This document shows positions 12,147 to 24,186 of a stretch of DNA of 64,000 bases, piece after piece. The stretch comes from Ascoidea asiatica JCM 7603. Taxonomy: Eukaryota; Fungi; Ascomycota. Within the stretch, counting starts at the first letter, position 1. Each line of letters opens with the position of its first letter. Where the stretch lies: assembly GCA_001600695.1 (NCBI GenBank), contig BCKQ01000003.1:1365142-1429141 (forward strand), in the 5' to 3' direction. The notes under the pieces were generated by a model. It was not told the DNA's origin. It saw nothing but the letters and a program-made list of their open reading frames with translations, and ran no database searches. The translations under genes were made by a program, and so were the position numbers.

Positions 12147-13009
12147 TTTTAGTTTTCTAAATTTTGTTTTTTGTTAATTTTTTTAATTGGTTGAATTGTA
12201 TGATTCATAAATTAATTTATTTTAGTCCAAACTAAAAAAGTATGATTCCGATAAATGATAGTTTGATATTTGTATTTTTTAAAATCAAAAAAGCCAAAAA
12301 AAAAGCTAATTTTCCTATCAAAACCATTCCTATTTATATTTCTTAATTTTTTCAATGAATTTTGATAAAAATCTTTGATAAATATTCCACAAATCGTTGA
12401 TAAGTTTTTATTCAACCTTCCATGTTTGTCTAATTCAGCAAATTCAACTAATTCGACAAATTCGACAAATCTGGAAATTTAGAATGCTCTCGCATCCTTC
12501 ATAAATATTGAAGAAATAATATCCATTTTCCCTTAATTTTTACATTTGAGCATATATATCTTCAATAGATTAGAATGCTTTAAGAGAATAATAAAACTCC
12601 ATAAGCGAATACCTCTCTCTTTTATCACCTATTGATATGCTTATAACTTAAACATTTGTATAAAGCAATTCATATTTATCTATCTTTATTCAAATACATT
12701 GATATCAAATGTATTAAGTATATTCTCAGCTACAAAGATCACTCTGTTGTTGAATAAGTGGCTACTTCCTATTTCGGATTTCAAGCATTGATTCTGGGAC
12801 CGTTCAAAAATTCTGTCCCAAATCGGGCAGCTCCAAATCGGACAACTTAAACCATCAAGAATTGACGAGTTCAAAATCCCCTTTAAAGAAAGAATACAAG
12901 AATCAAAGATTCAATTAATTCCAGTTTAAATTGATGTTATTGATTATATCTTTTATTCGCTAATTAATCCAAACTTTTTATAAATCGATCCCAGAAAATA
13001 TTGTTTGAA

Positions 13010-14257
13010 ATGGAGGGGTATATCTGCTCGCTTCTTTTTTTTATTTTTGTTTTGATTGTCAAATATTATCTTTTAGCAATAGATCAAAAAAAGGAAATTC
13101 AATTCAAGAAAATTAATTCAAAAGAAAATTTACTTTTGGGTTATTATTCAAAACTTTTATCAAATAATAAAGAATTAGAAAATATTATTGTTTCAAAGGA
13201 TTATGAAGTTGAAAATCTTGGAAAGCAATTGTCAGAAATCACTTCATCTCTTAATTCAACAAAAGTTAAATATAAAAATATTAATGATGATTATTTAAGT
13301 CTGCAAAAAATTTTAAATGAAGATTATATTAATAATAAAAATTCTCAAAATACATTTAATGATAAATTAGTTTCAAAAAAGCCCTTGGAAAATAAAATTG
13401 ATAATTTAAAATATGAGATATCTGAATTTAATTATGAAATTGAAAATTTGAATAATTTAATTCAATTTTATTTATATAATTTTAAGAAATCATATTTATT
13501 AAATGATGAAAATTCAAATTTGAATTCACTAGTAAATTATGTTGATTCAAAAGTCATTTCAATTCAAAATTTAAATAATAATGAAATAATAATTAATTAT
13601 GAATCTATTTTTAATTCAATTTTATCATTGAAAAAAATTTATGTTGATTCATTCAAAATTTATTATGATTTTAATAATTATCATATAAGTTATAAAGCAT
13701 CCATCAATTCTTCAATTTATTCCTCACTACTTTCTTTGATTCATAATTTCACTAGAAAAAAATATAAATCACAACAAAATCTTATAACTTTACTTATTTT
13801 AATTAAAAAAAGTGAAGATTTTAGATATGAAAACTTTAAAAATATTGTAATTCAGCAAAAACAACAGGAATTATATTCATTAATCAATGATTTTCAATTA
13901 ATGAAAATTGATCAAGAAAATCAAATCAAAAATCTTGAGAATAATTTAAAAAGACGAGAAAAAATCAAAAATATAAAAAAATCTTCAATGAAAAAAATCT
14001 CAGCATTGGACACTAATAACAATGTTAATAATATTAATGTTAATGCTAATAATGAAATTGAGAAAAGTTTAAGCTTAAAAGTTAAAAAAGTTCGAATTTC
14101 CGAAGATGCTAATGAGATAAAAGAGATAGCAAATAATCTGGATTCTACAAAATTGCCATTACCGGGAAAAAAGTTTAAAGCTGCTGGAGGGTTTTTGGAA
14201 TTTAATTATCCTCAAAACCCAAAAACTGTTGAACTTCTTAATAGATTGGCATCCTAA
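13010..14257 (+). CDS. Hypothetical protein with N-terminal TM/signal anchor and coiled coils
   Basis: 415-codon ORF from the ATG at 13010 (track start TTG at 13001); hydrophobic YICSLLFFIFVLIVKYYLLAI followed by heptad-like segments. Confidence 0.7.
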   Translation: MEGYICSLLFFIFVLIVKYYLLAIDQKKEIQFKKINSKENLLLGYYSKLLSNNKELENIIVSKDYEVENLGKQLSEITSSLNSTKVKYKNINDDYLSLQKILNEDYINNKNSQNTFNDKLVSKKPLENKIDNLKYEISEFNYEIENLNNLIQFYLYNFKKSYLLNDENSNLNSLVNYVDSKVISIQNLNNNEIIINYESIFNSILSLKKIYVDSFKIYYDFNNYHISYKASINSSIYSSLLSLIHNFTRKKYKSQQNLITLLILIKKSEDFRYENFKNIVIQQKQQELYSLINDFQLMKIDQENQIKNLENNLKRREKIKNIKKSSMKKISALDTNNNVNNINVNANNEIEKSLSLKVKKVRISEDANEIKEIANNLDSTKLPLPGKKFKAAGGFLEFNYPQNPKTVELLNRLAS

Positions 14258-14468
14258 TCTCATATTAGAAGTTTCAGTTTTTTGGTCCTATAGTTATTTT
14301 TTTATACTTTTTTTTTTTCAAACTCGTAATTATATACATTTATATTTGGGAAATGATTTTTGGGACTATGAACATATAATATAGAAATGAATATTAATTT
14401 TTTTAATTCTTTTTTTTTCTTGTTTATGAACAAACAAAAACAAAAAAAGTTACCAAAGTTAACTAAGA

Positions 14469-15614
14469 TTATGATAAAATATCTTTGAAATTTACAGTTG
14501 GAGAACCCCTTTGTGGAGATTTTAGCAAATTAGCTTCATCTTTCCAACCTATCCAATGAATAACTCTGAAAGTTGCTGGAAGGCAAACCTCATTTTCAGA
14601 AGAAGGATCCATTTCATTAGGAACACCGTAAAATTTTTTATAAATTTGATCAGCTGCTATTAAAACATCTTTGGAAATATAATTTTCTTTACTAAATAAA
14701 CAATTATTTTCGCCCATAATTTGTAAATCATTCAATAAATCAAATAAAGTAGGATAATTAATAACAATTTCATCTATATCAATTGTTAGCATTTTAAAAC
14801 CAGCCTTATTTAACAAATTTCCTAAATCTTGAACAGTTACAAATGGTGATATATGTGGAGATAAACCATTCTTTCTTTCTAATTCAGCTAATTGAAGTGA
14901 AGATCTTAATTCTAATAAAGTATCAGTTCCAAACATTGATCCTATAAAAAGGGACTCTTTTGAAGAAAGTAAAGAATAAATCCTTCGTAAATGGTTTGGT
15001 AAATCGTTGATCCAATGCATTGATAAATTTGATAAAGCAAGATTGTAATGATTTTGTTTCAAATCATCAGAATTCAATGATTCTTCGTCACAAATCACTT
15101 TTTGAATTGACACATATTTAAAATTATTCATTATGTTATAATGATCTTTTTCATTTCGTGATAATAATTCTCCACAAGAATCAATCATTGTTAAATTATT
15201 TATTTTTTCTCGAACGATTTTTTTTTCTTTATAATATTCCTTTTCCATATCTGTGATAATTTCGGATTCTTTATCTAGAATTGATGTACTACTGTTATCA
15301 TTTTTTATATCCTCGAATAAACTAGATACAAAATTTCCAGATCCAGACCCAATTTCAACAGCATTTTCAAAATTTCTATTAATGAAAGATAATCTTGATA
15401 TTATTTTTCGAGCACATTCATTTTTAAGATATTGAACTGAATTAAAATCTTGTTGTTTTGCAGATCTGAACTTTTGTTTTAGTTTTAGTTCTCTGTTGAA
15501 AACCCTAAAGGTTGGGTTAGAAGAAACTGAGGAGTATTTGAATTTAGCAATTTCATAACCTGAATTTAAGGACTTAAATATGGCCTTTTTAGTAAAACCA
15601 ATATTTGGAAACAT
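14469..15614 (-). CDS. NDUFAF5: Complex I assembly factor NDUFAF5 (SAM-dependent methyltransferase fold, arginine hydroxylase)
   Basis: VFNRELKLKQK, EIGSGSG, SNLSMHWINDLP, DTLLELRSSLQLAELERKNGLSPHISPF, DLQIMGENN, LPATFRVIHWIGWK; mitochondrial presequence-like N-terminus. Confidence 0.93.
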   Translation of the reverse strand: MFPNIGFTKKAIFKSLNSGYEIAKFKYSSVSSNPTFRVFNRELKLKQKFRSAKQQDFNSVQYLKNECARKIISRLSFINRNFENAVEIGSGSGNFVSSLFEDIKNDNSSTSILDKESEIITDMEKEYYKEKKIVREKINNLTMIDSCGELLSRNEKDHYNIMNNFKYVSIQKVICDEESLNSDDLKQNHYNLALSNLSMHWINDLPNHLRRIYSLLSSKESLFIGSMFGTDTLLELRSSLQLAELERKNGLSPHISPFVTVQDLGNLLNKAGFKMLTIDIDEIVINYPTLFDLLNDLQIMGENNCLFSKENYISKDVLIAADQIYKKFYGVPNEMDPSSENEVCLPATFRVIHWIGWKDEANLLKSPQRGSPTVNFKDILS

Positions 15615-18600
15615 GATCTATCTTCTAACCCTTTATAAAATTGTAGTCAAGTAATATTCTTTATTCAAATCCAAGATGTTATAATTGAAGCAGTTTTTTT
15701 TTTATTTTACTTATTTTTCACAATGAATGAATTTCAGTAAATAAGTTACCGACAACCAGAACTCTGGATCTATATGCACGTGCTTCTCTATATCACTAGA
15801 AAATCTTTTAACTAGAGCCCTGACACGGTCTAGGCTTTGAGTTTTGTCCAAGTGGATTTATTTAAAATTCTGTCGAAATATGGTTTTCCAGGTACAACTA
15901 GCTAAGCGCGCGTTCAACGGTTTTCTTCAGGCACAAAAACGGTTATGCTATTCTATGTAATTTTTGTAGGCCAAGGATTGCATAACTTCCAAACATTCAA
16001 AGTTAAACTGCCTATGATGTAAGTTTATAAAATATAGTGTAATTCAAAGCAAATAAGTGTAAATACCTGTACATCCGCGTCTTAATATTAAAACTTTATT
16101 TGCTTACAACTTGATTAAGCCTTTCTGTTCAACGGTTTTGGTAAAGTATTGGAGTGTCCTATTTTGAGCAAAAGCCTCAAGCTTAATAGTTCGGCCAATA
16201 TGGAACAGCAATATGCTCTAAAAATACTAGTAATTAACCTTACTACAAAATACAATATTTCATCAATATTTTTCAATTTTCACATATTCTTTAGACGTTC
16301 TTTTTATACAGTTATTGCTTCTCATTTCTTTCTTTCTGGAACACCGCCATTCATACATAATAAATTTATCAAAACGTTGTAGAAAAGAGTAAACTTGTAA
16401 AATGGTCTCAGTCAAATTGATTATGTACTATTAACCACATTCTTTTATAATGAGATTTATTTATCGCATATAGTTTCCTAATTAGTGTCTTTAATTGGTG
16501 ATTATAAACCTTTCTATAAACATCAAAAAATTCAGCACAGAATACGTGTTAATTGCACATTCTCTTCAATTGCATTAAACTTTCTCAATCCTTGGGAATG
16601 TACATTAGGCTTCTAACATAATAATTTTAAAGGTCAAAGATCATCGTCAGCTTTTAGATAAGATAATCATAATAAGAAACAGTAGTTGAAGTTTAACGGT
16701 GCATGACTTTCATTAACAGAAAAAAAATATTACTACAAATAGTGCTATTGTAGTTATCGAAAAGGATAAAGAAAAATTTTTACCTAAATTAGAATGCAAA
16801 TCTTTCCTCTAATACAAAATTTAACTATATTTGAAAAATTCTCGACAATTTAATGGATTTTGACTTTTTAATATAGGCCTAATAATTATTTTTTAAAATT
16901 CCGGACAAATTTTTAACCATATTTATTCCGAATCATATTCACAGTTTTGGCTAAATTTAATTCTCATGTTTATTTTTAACATTCGTTTTTAAGCTTATTT
17001 TCTAAAATGTCAATTAATAACTAAAAGATTGTCTCCTTTAAAATTTTACTACTACTATTATTAATATTGGCCAACAAGAATTACCTGTAGTACCTTATAC
17101 ACAACTGCACTTTCAAAAAAGTTCCGAAGGAAAAAGCATAAACTTTCAGCTAATTACTTGCCAGTTTTTAACTAGATCGAGAATTAATAAAATAAATAAA
17201 CTGTCCTTCTTTATCGAGTCACCTCAATTGAAACAAAATTTTGAGATTATTATATCTTCTGAACTAATCATAACTTCATATTTTGAAAAAGTTTTTCAAT
17301 AAACAATTTTATGTTTTTAACTTGGACTAACTAGTAGTAAAGATCAGCAATTTCTAAAAGAATATTTAAAAAGAAAAAAATTGATTTATTTCTGTTAAAA
17401 TTCAAATGTTTAATTTTAGCACTCGTCGGTTCGTTTTCAAAAATCCTTTTTATAATTCTAAATATAATTATTTTGTAGCATTTAAACCACTTTCATGTTT
17501 ATTTATAAGAAGTTATTTTCTTCATAAAAAATACTTCGAACCCAATATACTATAAAAGATTGATTTAAAATTGAAATAACACACATTCCTTCCATTTTCA
17601 TTATAGTACTCTAATAAATCATTGAGCCTTTTCCTTATGTCAATGGAATACATTATTCAACTCTAAACTAAGATTGAACTACTTTGATGCTATTGAAATG
17701 AGTTCTATATAATTATCAAAAATTTAAACAAATATTTTTCAACCGATGATTAGAGAAATTGAGACTTTTTTGAAGACTCTAGAAGCAGGAACTAGAGTAT
17801 TTTTGTACCAAAACGGCACTTGAATATTTTTTTTTTATACCTCGATAATACTTGTCAGGAAATTTTAAGAGTACACAATTTATTTAATTATTCAGTCAAT
17901 GTAAATGGAAAATAAAAATCTGAAATTTTTTTGTATGACTATTTTCAAATTTAAAATATATTTTGAATTAATCGACTTTCTATATGAGAATTTTTACAAA
18001 ATGTAGACTGAATTTCAAGCCATAAACAACTTACTTTATCAAAACTAATAAATGAAAGCAAGTTAACCTACAAATTATTGTAATTTGAGATTTACTCCAT
18101 GGAGCATCTGCCTTTAACCTATCGTACCGTACAACTCATTTATATTTCTAGTATTCTTTATATTTATGATATCTAATTAATCTGGATAACTAATTATTTT
18201 TTGGATTATTCTTAGATTGCAATATTCAATTCATTCCTGCTCTCCAAATATCATTATAGCGTTATTCCTTTAGACACCTTCAAAATAGCAATATTTTACT
18301 GTGAATTCTAAATATGTGCATTTCTGCACGACCAGTAAAGTAGTTCTGGAGGATGTTGTTCTGTGCAGGTGCTTCTAAAAATACTTCTAAAAATATCTGG
18401 CTCTAGCTTTTGCAAATTTAATCGACAGACTTTCTATAACTTTATTGATCTCAATATTGGGCATACTCTGATCTGATTTCCTTATATAAGGTGAGAGATA
18501 TTTCGCTTCTTTTTTTGACTTGATTGCAGTTGAATTTTATTTCTTAAACAAAAATCTTTTACTTACAATATCTGGAAAACTTTATAAATATTTTAAATTG

Positions 18601-18839
18601 GCTACACCAAAACATTGTTAAATTTTAAATACTTCTAATCCATTTCAATATTCTTTCCTTAAATTTTCATTTTATGCTACTTTTTTGATTATTTTTATTA
18701 AAAATACTCTATTCTTTCCTTTATTTATCTTCGACTAATACTCTCAAACAATTCTCTCCTTTCTCAAAGCTTTTTATAATTAACAATTATTCCTTTCACT
18801 ATATCATTATTACTTTAAAAGGTGCTATATATTTGCAAA

Positions 18840-20288
18840 ATGTCTGTCAAGCCAAAGTTTTCCTATGAACTAAGTCTAAATCAACCAGAAATTGGTGCCA
18901 AATCCTATAAAGAAAAAGGAAAGGTTTCAAAAAGAAAATTTCATCCAATTGTCAAGTTAAAAGCATATAATCATTTAAATGAAAATATAACTGATAGTTT
19001 GAATCATAGATATATAGTTCTTGCCAAGCTTAAAAATGCTGCGAATCCTACTTCATCTGCTTATATTTATTCTGAAGAAGATCTAGAAACTTTTTTAAAA
19101 GGTAATAAAAGTTGCACAGGTTCATATGATGAGTTTGAAAATGAAATTGTTTTTGCTTTTCCAGATTTACATATAATAACAGTCGGTTTATTTGATGTTA
19201 ATTATCAGCTATACAAAATGTCAGAAAATGAATCTTCTGTATCAACTATTGAATATATTGATAATATATCAAAAACAATTAAATTCGTTACAACCAGAGA
19301 GTTATATGCAACTGATGCTAATAATTCTATAAAAACAACAAATAATACAATCAAAAAAAGGAAAAGAACTTCTGCTTCTAATACCCAGATATTTCCTAAG
19401 AATAGTTCTCCAAAAAATCAAAAACTTCCTCAGGTTACGCTTCAAAACACTTCAAATTTCCCTTCAAAAAGTACATCCCAAACTCTTAATAATCCTCCAA
19501 ATTTCTATAACTCAAGTTTAAAGCCAAACAGTTCACCAGGACATGCAAATGATTCAAGCAATAATGAAATGGTGAGTTATAATTCTAATATATTATACCA
19601 GCCTCCTTTCCAAAATGCATTTATGACTAACGATCCAACCTATTTAAATCAAAATCAATCATTGAATTATCCTTCTTCCTTATCAAGATGGAATAGCCTA
19701 AGCAGTGCAAATAGCATTGGACCTACAGTAATGGATTTTCAACAAAACAATATAAACATTAGTGCAAATACTACTCCTTCTGCCATAAATCAAATTTATT
19801 TTCAATCTATGACTCCTAAGCCACAAGCCTATTCTCCAACTGCCAATGAATTTGAACTAGCTCAATTAAGCAATATAAATAATATCAATGCTATAAATAA
19901 CATCAACAATTTGAATACCATCAGCAATCTCAACACAATAAATAATCTAAATAACGTCAATAGCATTACTAATATTACCAATATGAATAATATAAATAAT
20001 ATAAACAGTATGAGCAATATGAGTAATATGAATAATATAAGCAATTTCAATAATATGAACACTAATGCAACAAATATCGCATCATTCAATGCACAAAATA
20101 TGAGGGCAAATTACTTAGATTCTAACTCTACACATGATTCAATAAGTTATGGACAACCAACAGCATCTTCATCATCACGACAATACAGCTTCAGTGATTC
20201 CTTAACAAGCAGTATAAAATCTGAATCAGTTACAACCATGCGAAGTCAAGAAAGTTTGAAAGATCAATTCAATTTTGTTCCAAAATAA
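18840..20288 (+). CDS. Divergent Velvet-domain-like transcription factor, copy 1
   Basis: ATG at 18840. YELSLNQP..A / RKFHPIVKL / YIVLAKL / LKGN / FAFPDLHIITVGLFDVNYQLYKM is collinear with the Velvet consensus; KKRKR NLS; N/S/Q-rich tail. Confidence 0.72.
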   Translation: MSVKPKFSYELSLNQPEIGAKSYKEKGKVSKRKFHPIVKLKAYNHLNENITDSLNHRYIVLAKLKNAANPTSSAYIYSEEDLETFLKGNKSCTGSYDEFENEIVFAFPDLHIITVGLFDVNYQLYKMSENESSVSTIEYIDNISKTIKFVTTRELYATDANNSIKTTNNTIKKRKRTSASNTQIFPKNSSPKNQKLPQVTLQNTSNFPSKSTSQTLNNPPNFYNSSLKPNSSPGHANDSSNNEMVSYNSNILYQPPFQNAFMTNDPTYLNQNQSLNYPSSLSRWNSLSSANSIGPTVMDFQQNNINISANTTPSAINQIYFQSMTPKPQAYSPTANEFELAQLSNINNINAINNINNLNTISNLNTINNLNNVNSITNITNMNNINNINSMSNMSNMNNISNFNNMNTNATNIASFNAQNMRANYLDSNSTHDSISYGQPTASSSSRQYSFSDSLTSSIKSESVTTMRSQESLKDQFNFVPK

Positions 20289-23200
20289 GCTACAAATTAT
20301 AATTTAAAAGATTTCTCAGTTTCAATAACAACATCAATATTATCTTGTCCTACATTTTTATTATTTTGCTTTTTATTTTCTTCCATAATTTTTTTTACAT
20401 ATTTTCTCTTCAATTTGTTTCGGTTGTTTAAGTTGATTGGGATAGTTTACATTTTCTGTTTCATTTTTTGATAGACGGTTATTCTTATACTAAAAGAAAT
20501 GCTCATAAATTTGATTTCTGCATTATTTAATCCTAAGTTTTTTAACTGTTATCTTTTTTTTTTTCTGTTGTATTATGATTTATCATTCAATCTATTCTCT
20601 TTTTAAAGTTTCTTTCAATTAAATGTTTCATCTCCACTTTTTTAATTATTTTTATCTTGTTTTCTTTGCTGTGCTTTTTCTTTCTTTCTATCTTTATTTT
20701 TATTTTTAAGATCCATGAAATATGACTTACAAATTTTTGATAATATTACTCTATAAATAGAACATCTAATCTTTCTAAAAAATTTGTCTTGACTACCAAA
20801 AGTAGCTTTTTGTTGAAACTAAAATAATTTGGGAATATTTTAAAACTTTCTTTTGGTTTCATCAGCAGTAAAAGAGAATTGAAATTGCTTTTATTTCAGA
20901 AGATTTCGAGCTATGTTTAATAATTGATAACTGAAACCCAACATTTCCCGGTTGCTCACAGATTTTTTTGAAATCTAGATCCAGCTTCCAGGTTTAACCG
21001 GGTCACATGATCCAGTACACGAAAAACATGATAACGCAAAACATGGCTGCGCAAAAAAGGCCCCTGTAAAAAGTCTCCTTCAAAACGGAACGCACAAAAC
21101 ATGAGGCGGACAATTGAGACAATAAGATGCAGCACAACGTACCATAAAAACCGTTTTTCCAGCATAGGCACTAAAATTCTAGTTGGCGCACAAAGATGTC
21201 TGTACAAAAAAGGCAATCTCTTTTCTGAATCCATCAAGAAAAGCAAATCCACAATTTTTTGAGTTACGTTGTTCAATGGAGTTGGAATCCCCCTTTTAAA
21301 AATTGTAGATTCTTTTATTTCTTTTCATTGGGGTTTCAATATTTCAAGATATCGCAAACCTCTTTGAACATTCAAGTAATTACAATAATCCTGCCTTTTC
21401 TTTAATAAATTCATTTTGAAGCAAACTCAATTGTCTTTTCTTCTTCTTATTATAATGAAGTTTCTACTTAGATTCGAAAGTTTTGAATTCTTATAATAAC
21501 CTGTTATTAATTATCAAAATGAAAACCTTTTGGTAGTGGCCGATGCATAGTCTTTATTATCATTCATTTTTCTTTTTTTTTGGTAATTAAAAATTAGATT
21601 CAGATTTCAAAATTTTAAATGAGTTATTTCTTATATAGATTTAATATAATTTGTTAGGTTTGTACTTATTGGTAATACTTTTGACGTTTTTTATAATTTT
21701 ATCAACTCCTCTTAAAGATTTATTAGATCAAAGCTTTCAAATTTTCTTTTCATTTTCAAAATAAAATACTATAAATACGATCTTGGTATATTCAAAGCAT
21801 TATATTATTTGTTTCACTCAAAGAGTGTAAAGTTATTCATTTCTATGGCAGGCAAAGATTTAAGTAAAGATATCAGTCCGTAGAATTTCCGCCAATACAT
21901 GACATTAAAAAGAATTCACGGATTTAATCAAATTTGGATGCCGTGGGGTCTGTCCTTTACTTTACTCAATTATATTATATGAAACAATTCATCAATTTTA
22001 TATCAAACTTGACAGCAAAATTATTTGCTAAACTAGATACACAATTCATAAAATTAATTCAAGAGGTGCGATTTTCATAACTTCTAGTAGTAAAATAAAT
22101 AAAGATCATAAAGCTCATGGAGCGTCAGACATTAAAGAATAAATTTCTAACATCATTAGGTGGAAAAAAAATTATATTTAGTTTCATTTTAAATTTCAAA
22201 AAGAGATCTGAATTTCAAGAGTCTCAATGAGCATGTTTTGAATTTGAGAAATTTATTTTTAAATCAAAATATATCAAATGCTTTTAATTTTTTTATAGAT
22301 GTAAAACAAAAAAATAAAAAAAACCTAGCTTTTCTAAATTTTGAATCAAATTTTTTTGTTTCCCCAATGTTTATTGTGAAGACAGTTGAACACTTTTATT
22401 AGAAAATCTCCGAGAATAGAATTATAGCCCATTTTTATTTTTAGTGACTACAATAGCGTTAAGGAGAGTTATCCTAAATATATAATAGTTGAAGCATATT
22501 ATACTGAATACAGTTCGAGTACTTATTATGTAAATTATGCTATAAACAATAAACAAAATGGTTAATCAGTTAAATTAATCAACTTATTTTTATCTTTCAA
22601 TTTAACGTTCTTATATACTGAACACAAATTTCTCCCTTTTTTTTCAAGGGCCTAATATATATTTTATATTTTAAAATTTAGACTTTTCCTATACAAATAT
22701 ATATATATATATATATTGAACGGACGCCTCCATCACAGATGCATTTTTTGATTTTCTGACAAATAAACGCCGGAAAAACAAATAATCCGTTAATAGAGTT
22801 AAAATAATATTATATAACTGATGACTTTATTTTGTTTATTTCTAGAAGGATTAAAAATAAGTTAATAGAATTAGTGAATCCATTGGTTGATAGCTTTTGA
22901 AAAATTTTGAGGACTTTAATCTGTTGTTACAATACATACCATAAAAAAACTTTTAAATTTAGCCAACTAGTACTCCTTTAAAAGAAAGGCCCTAGAGACT
23001 CGGCTCACTTTAGTCTATTCTGGCTGTAAAACTATCTGATCATCTCTGAAACTAAAATAGTATAATATAAAACTAAAAAGAATATACATATAAGTTTTTT
23101 CTTCACTAGAAAACATTAAAAACAAAGGAAATAGATTTTCTTTCAAGGTACTTTCATAATTGTCTATGTAAATTTTAAAACGCAATTGAAATTAGTGATA

Positions 23201-24186
23201 TAGTATAGATGAAGATATAAATTATTGAACTACATTATCTTGGAGACTAGTAATTATTTTTGAATATATTCTTATAAAATTGTAATAACTAATTCTATTT
23301 CAGGAATCTTCAATACTTTGATGGCTAGCATTGTGAATTAAATCATTCTGGAAGACATTCTTCTATTTAAAAATCTCAAACACACTTCTTGAGTCAGAGT
23401 ATCCATATTCAATGAGTATCCAATATCAATTTGGCAATAAAAATTTGCGGCGGACCAAAAGATTTTTGGCTAACAAGGTTAAACTTGCAACGTCCGTGCA
23501 TATACTCAAAGAAAGAAGCAGCACCCCAAGTTTACATACCGCTTTCGATAATATGGCCGTTTAAAAACCTTCTAGAAGCAAATCACTTTTTTGAAAATTT
23601 GGAATCTGTTGATTTTCCTTATTCCGATATTGTAGAAAAAAAAGAAAAGAATAACGCACTATCCTTGCAAGAAGCATTAATTGGCTTCCAAAACGGTTAT
23701 TTTGGTACTAACGTTCTTGAAAGATTTTCAACTTCATTAAATATTTTAACTATTAGTCTCTATTTAACCCGTACTATGCAATGAACTTATTCCGATATTT
23801 AAAGTACTTCCACAAATTGGTATATTTTAGATATGAAAATTTAGAAGCTTTTTGTAAATCTGCATTAATTTATCCAAAAAATATTAGATTAGTTTTATTT
23901 TAACTACAATTGATGAAAATTTTTTCAATGGCTATGTTCTTTACATATGTTCAACTAAATTCCTAGGAATAGTATAAAGCTAACCTTTTCTCTTTTCTTT
24001 TTTGTTTATTTCTGAAATATTTATTATACATCAACCTAAATTTTAAATAACTGTCATTATTTTTTATAAATTTTGTATATTGATTTATAATCATCATTCC
24101 TTTTGTCATTCATTAACATATTTCTCTCTATTAAAAAAGTGTTTTCCTTAAAAACCACATTTTAAAAATTCTATCCTCTTTTTTCA

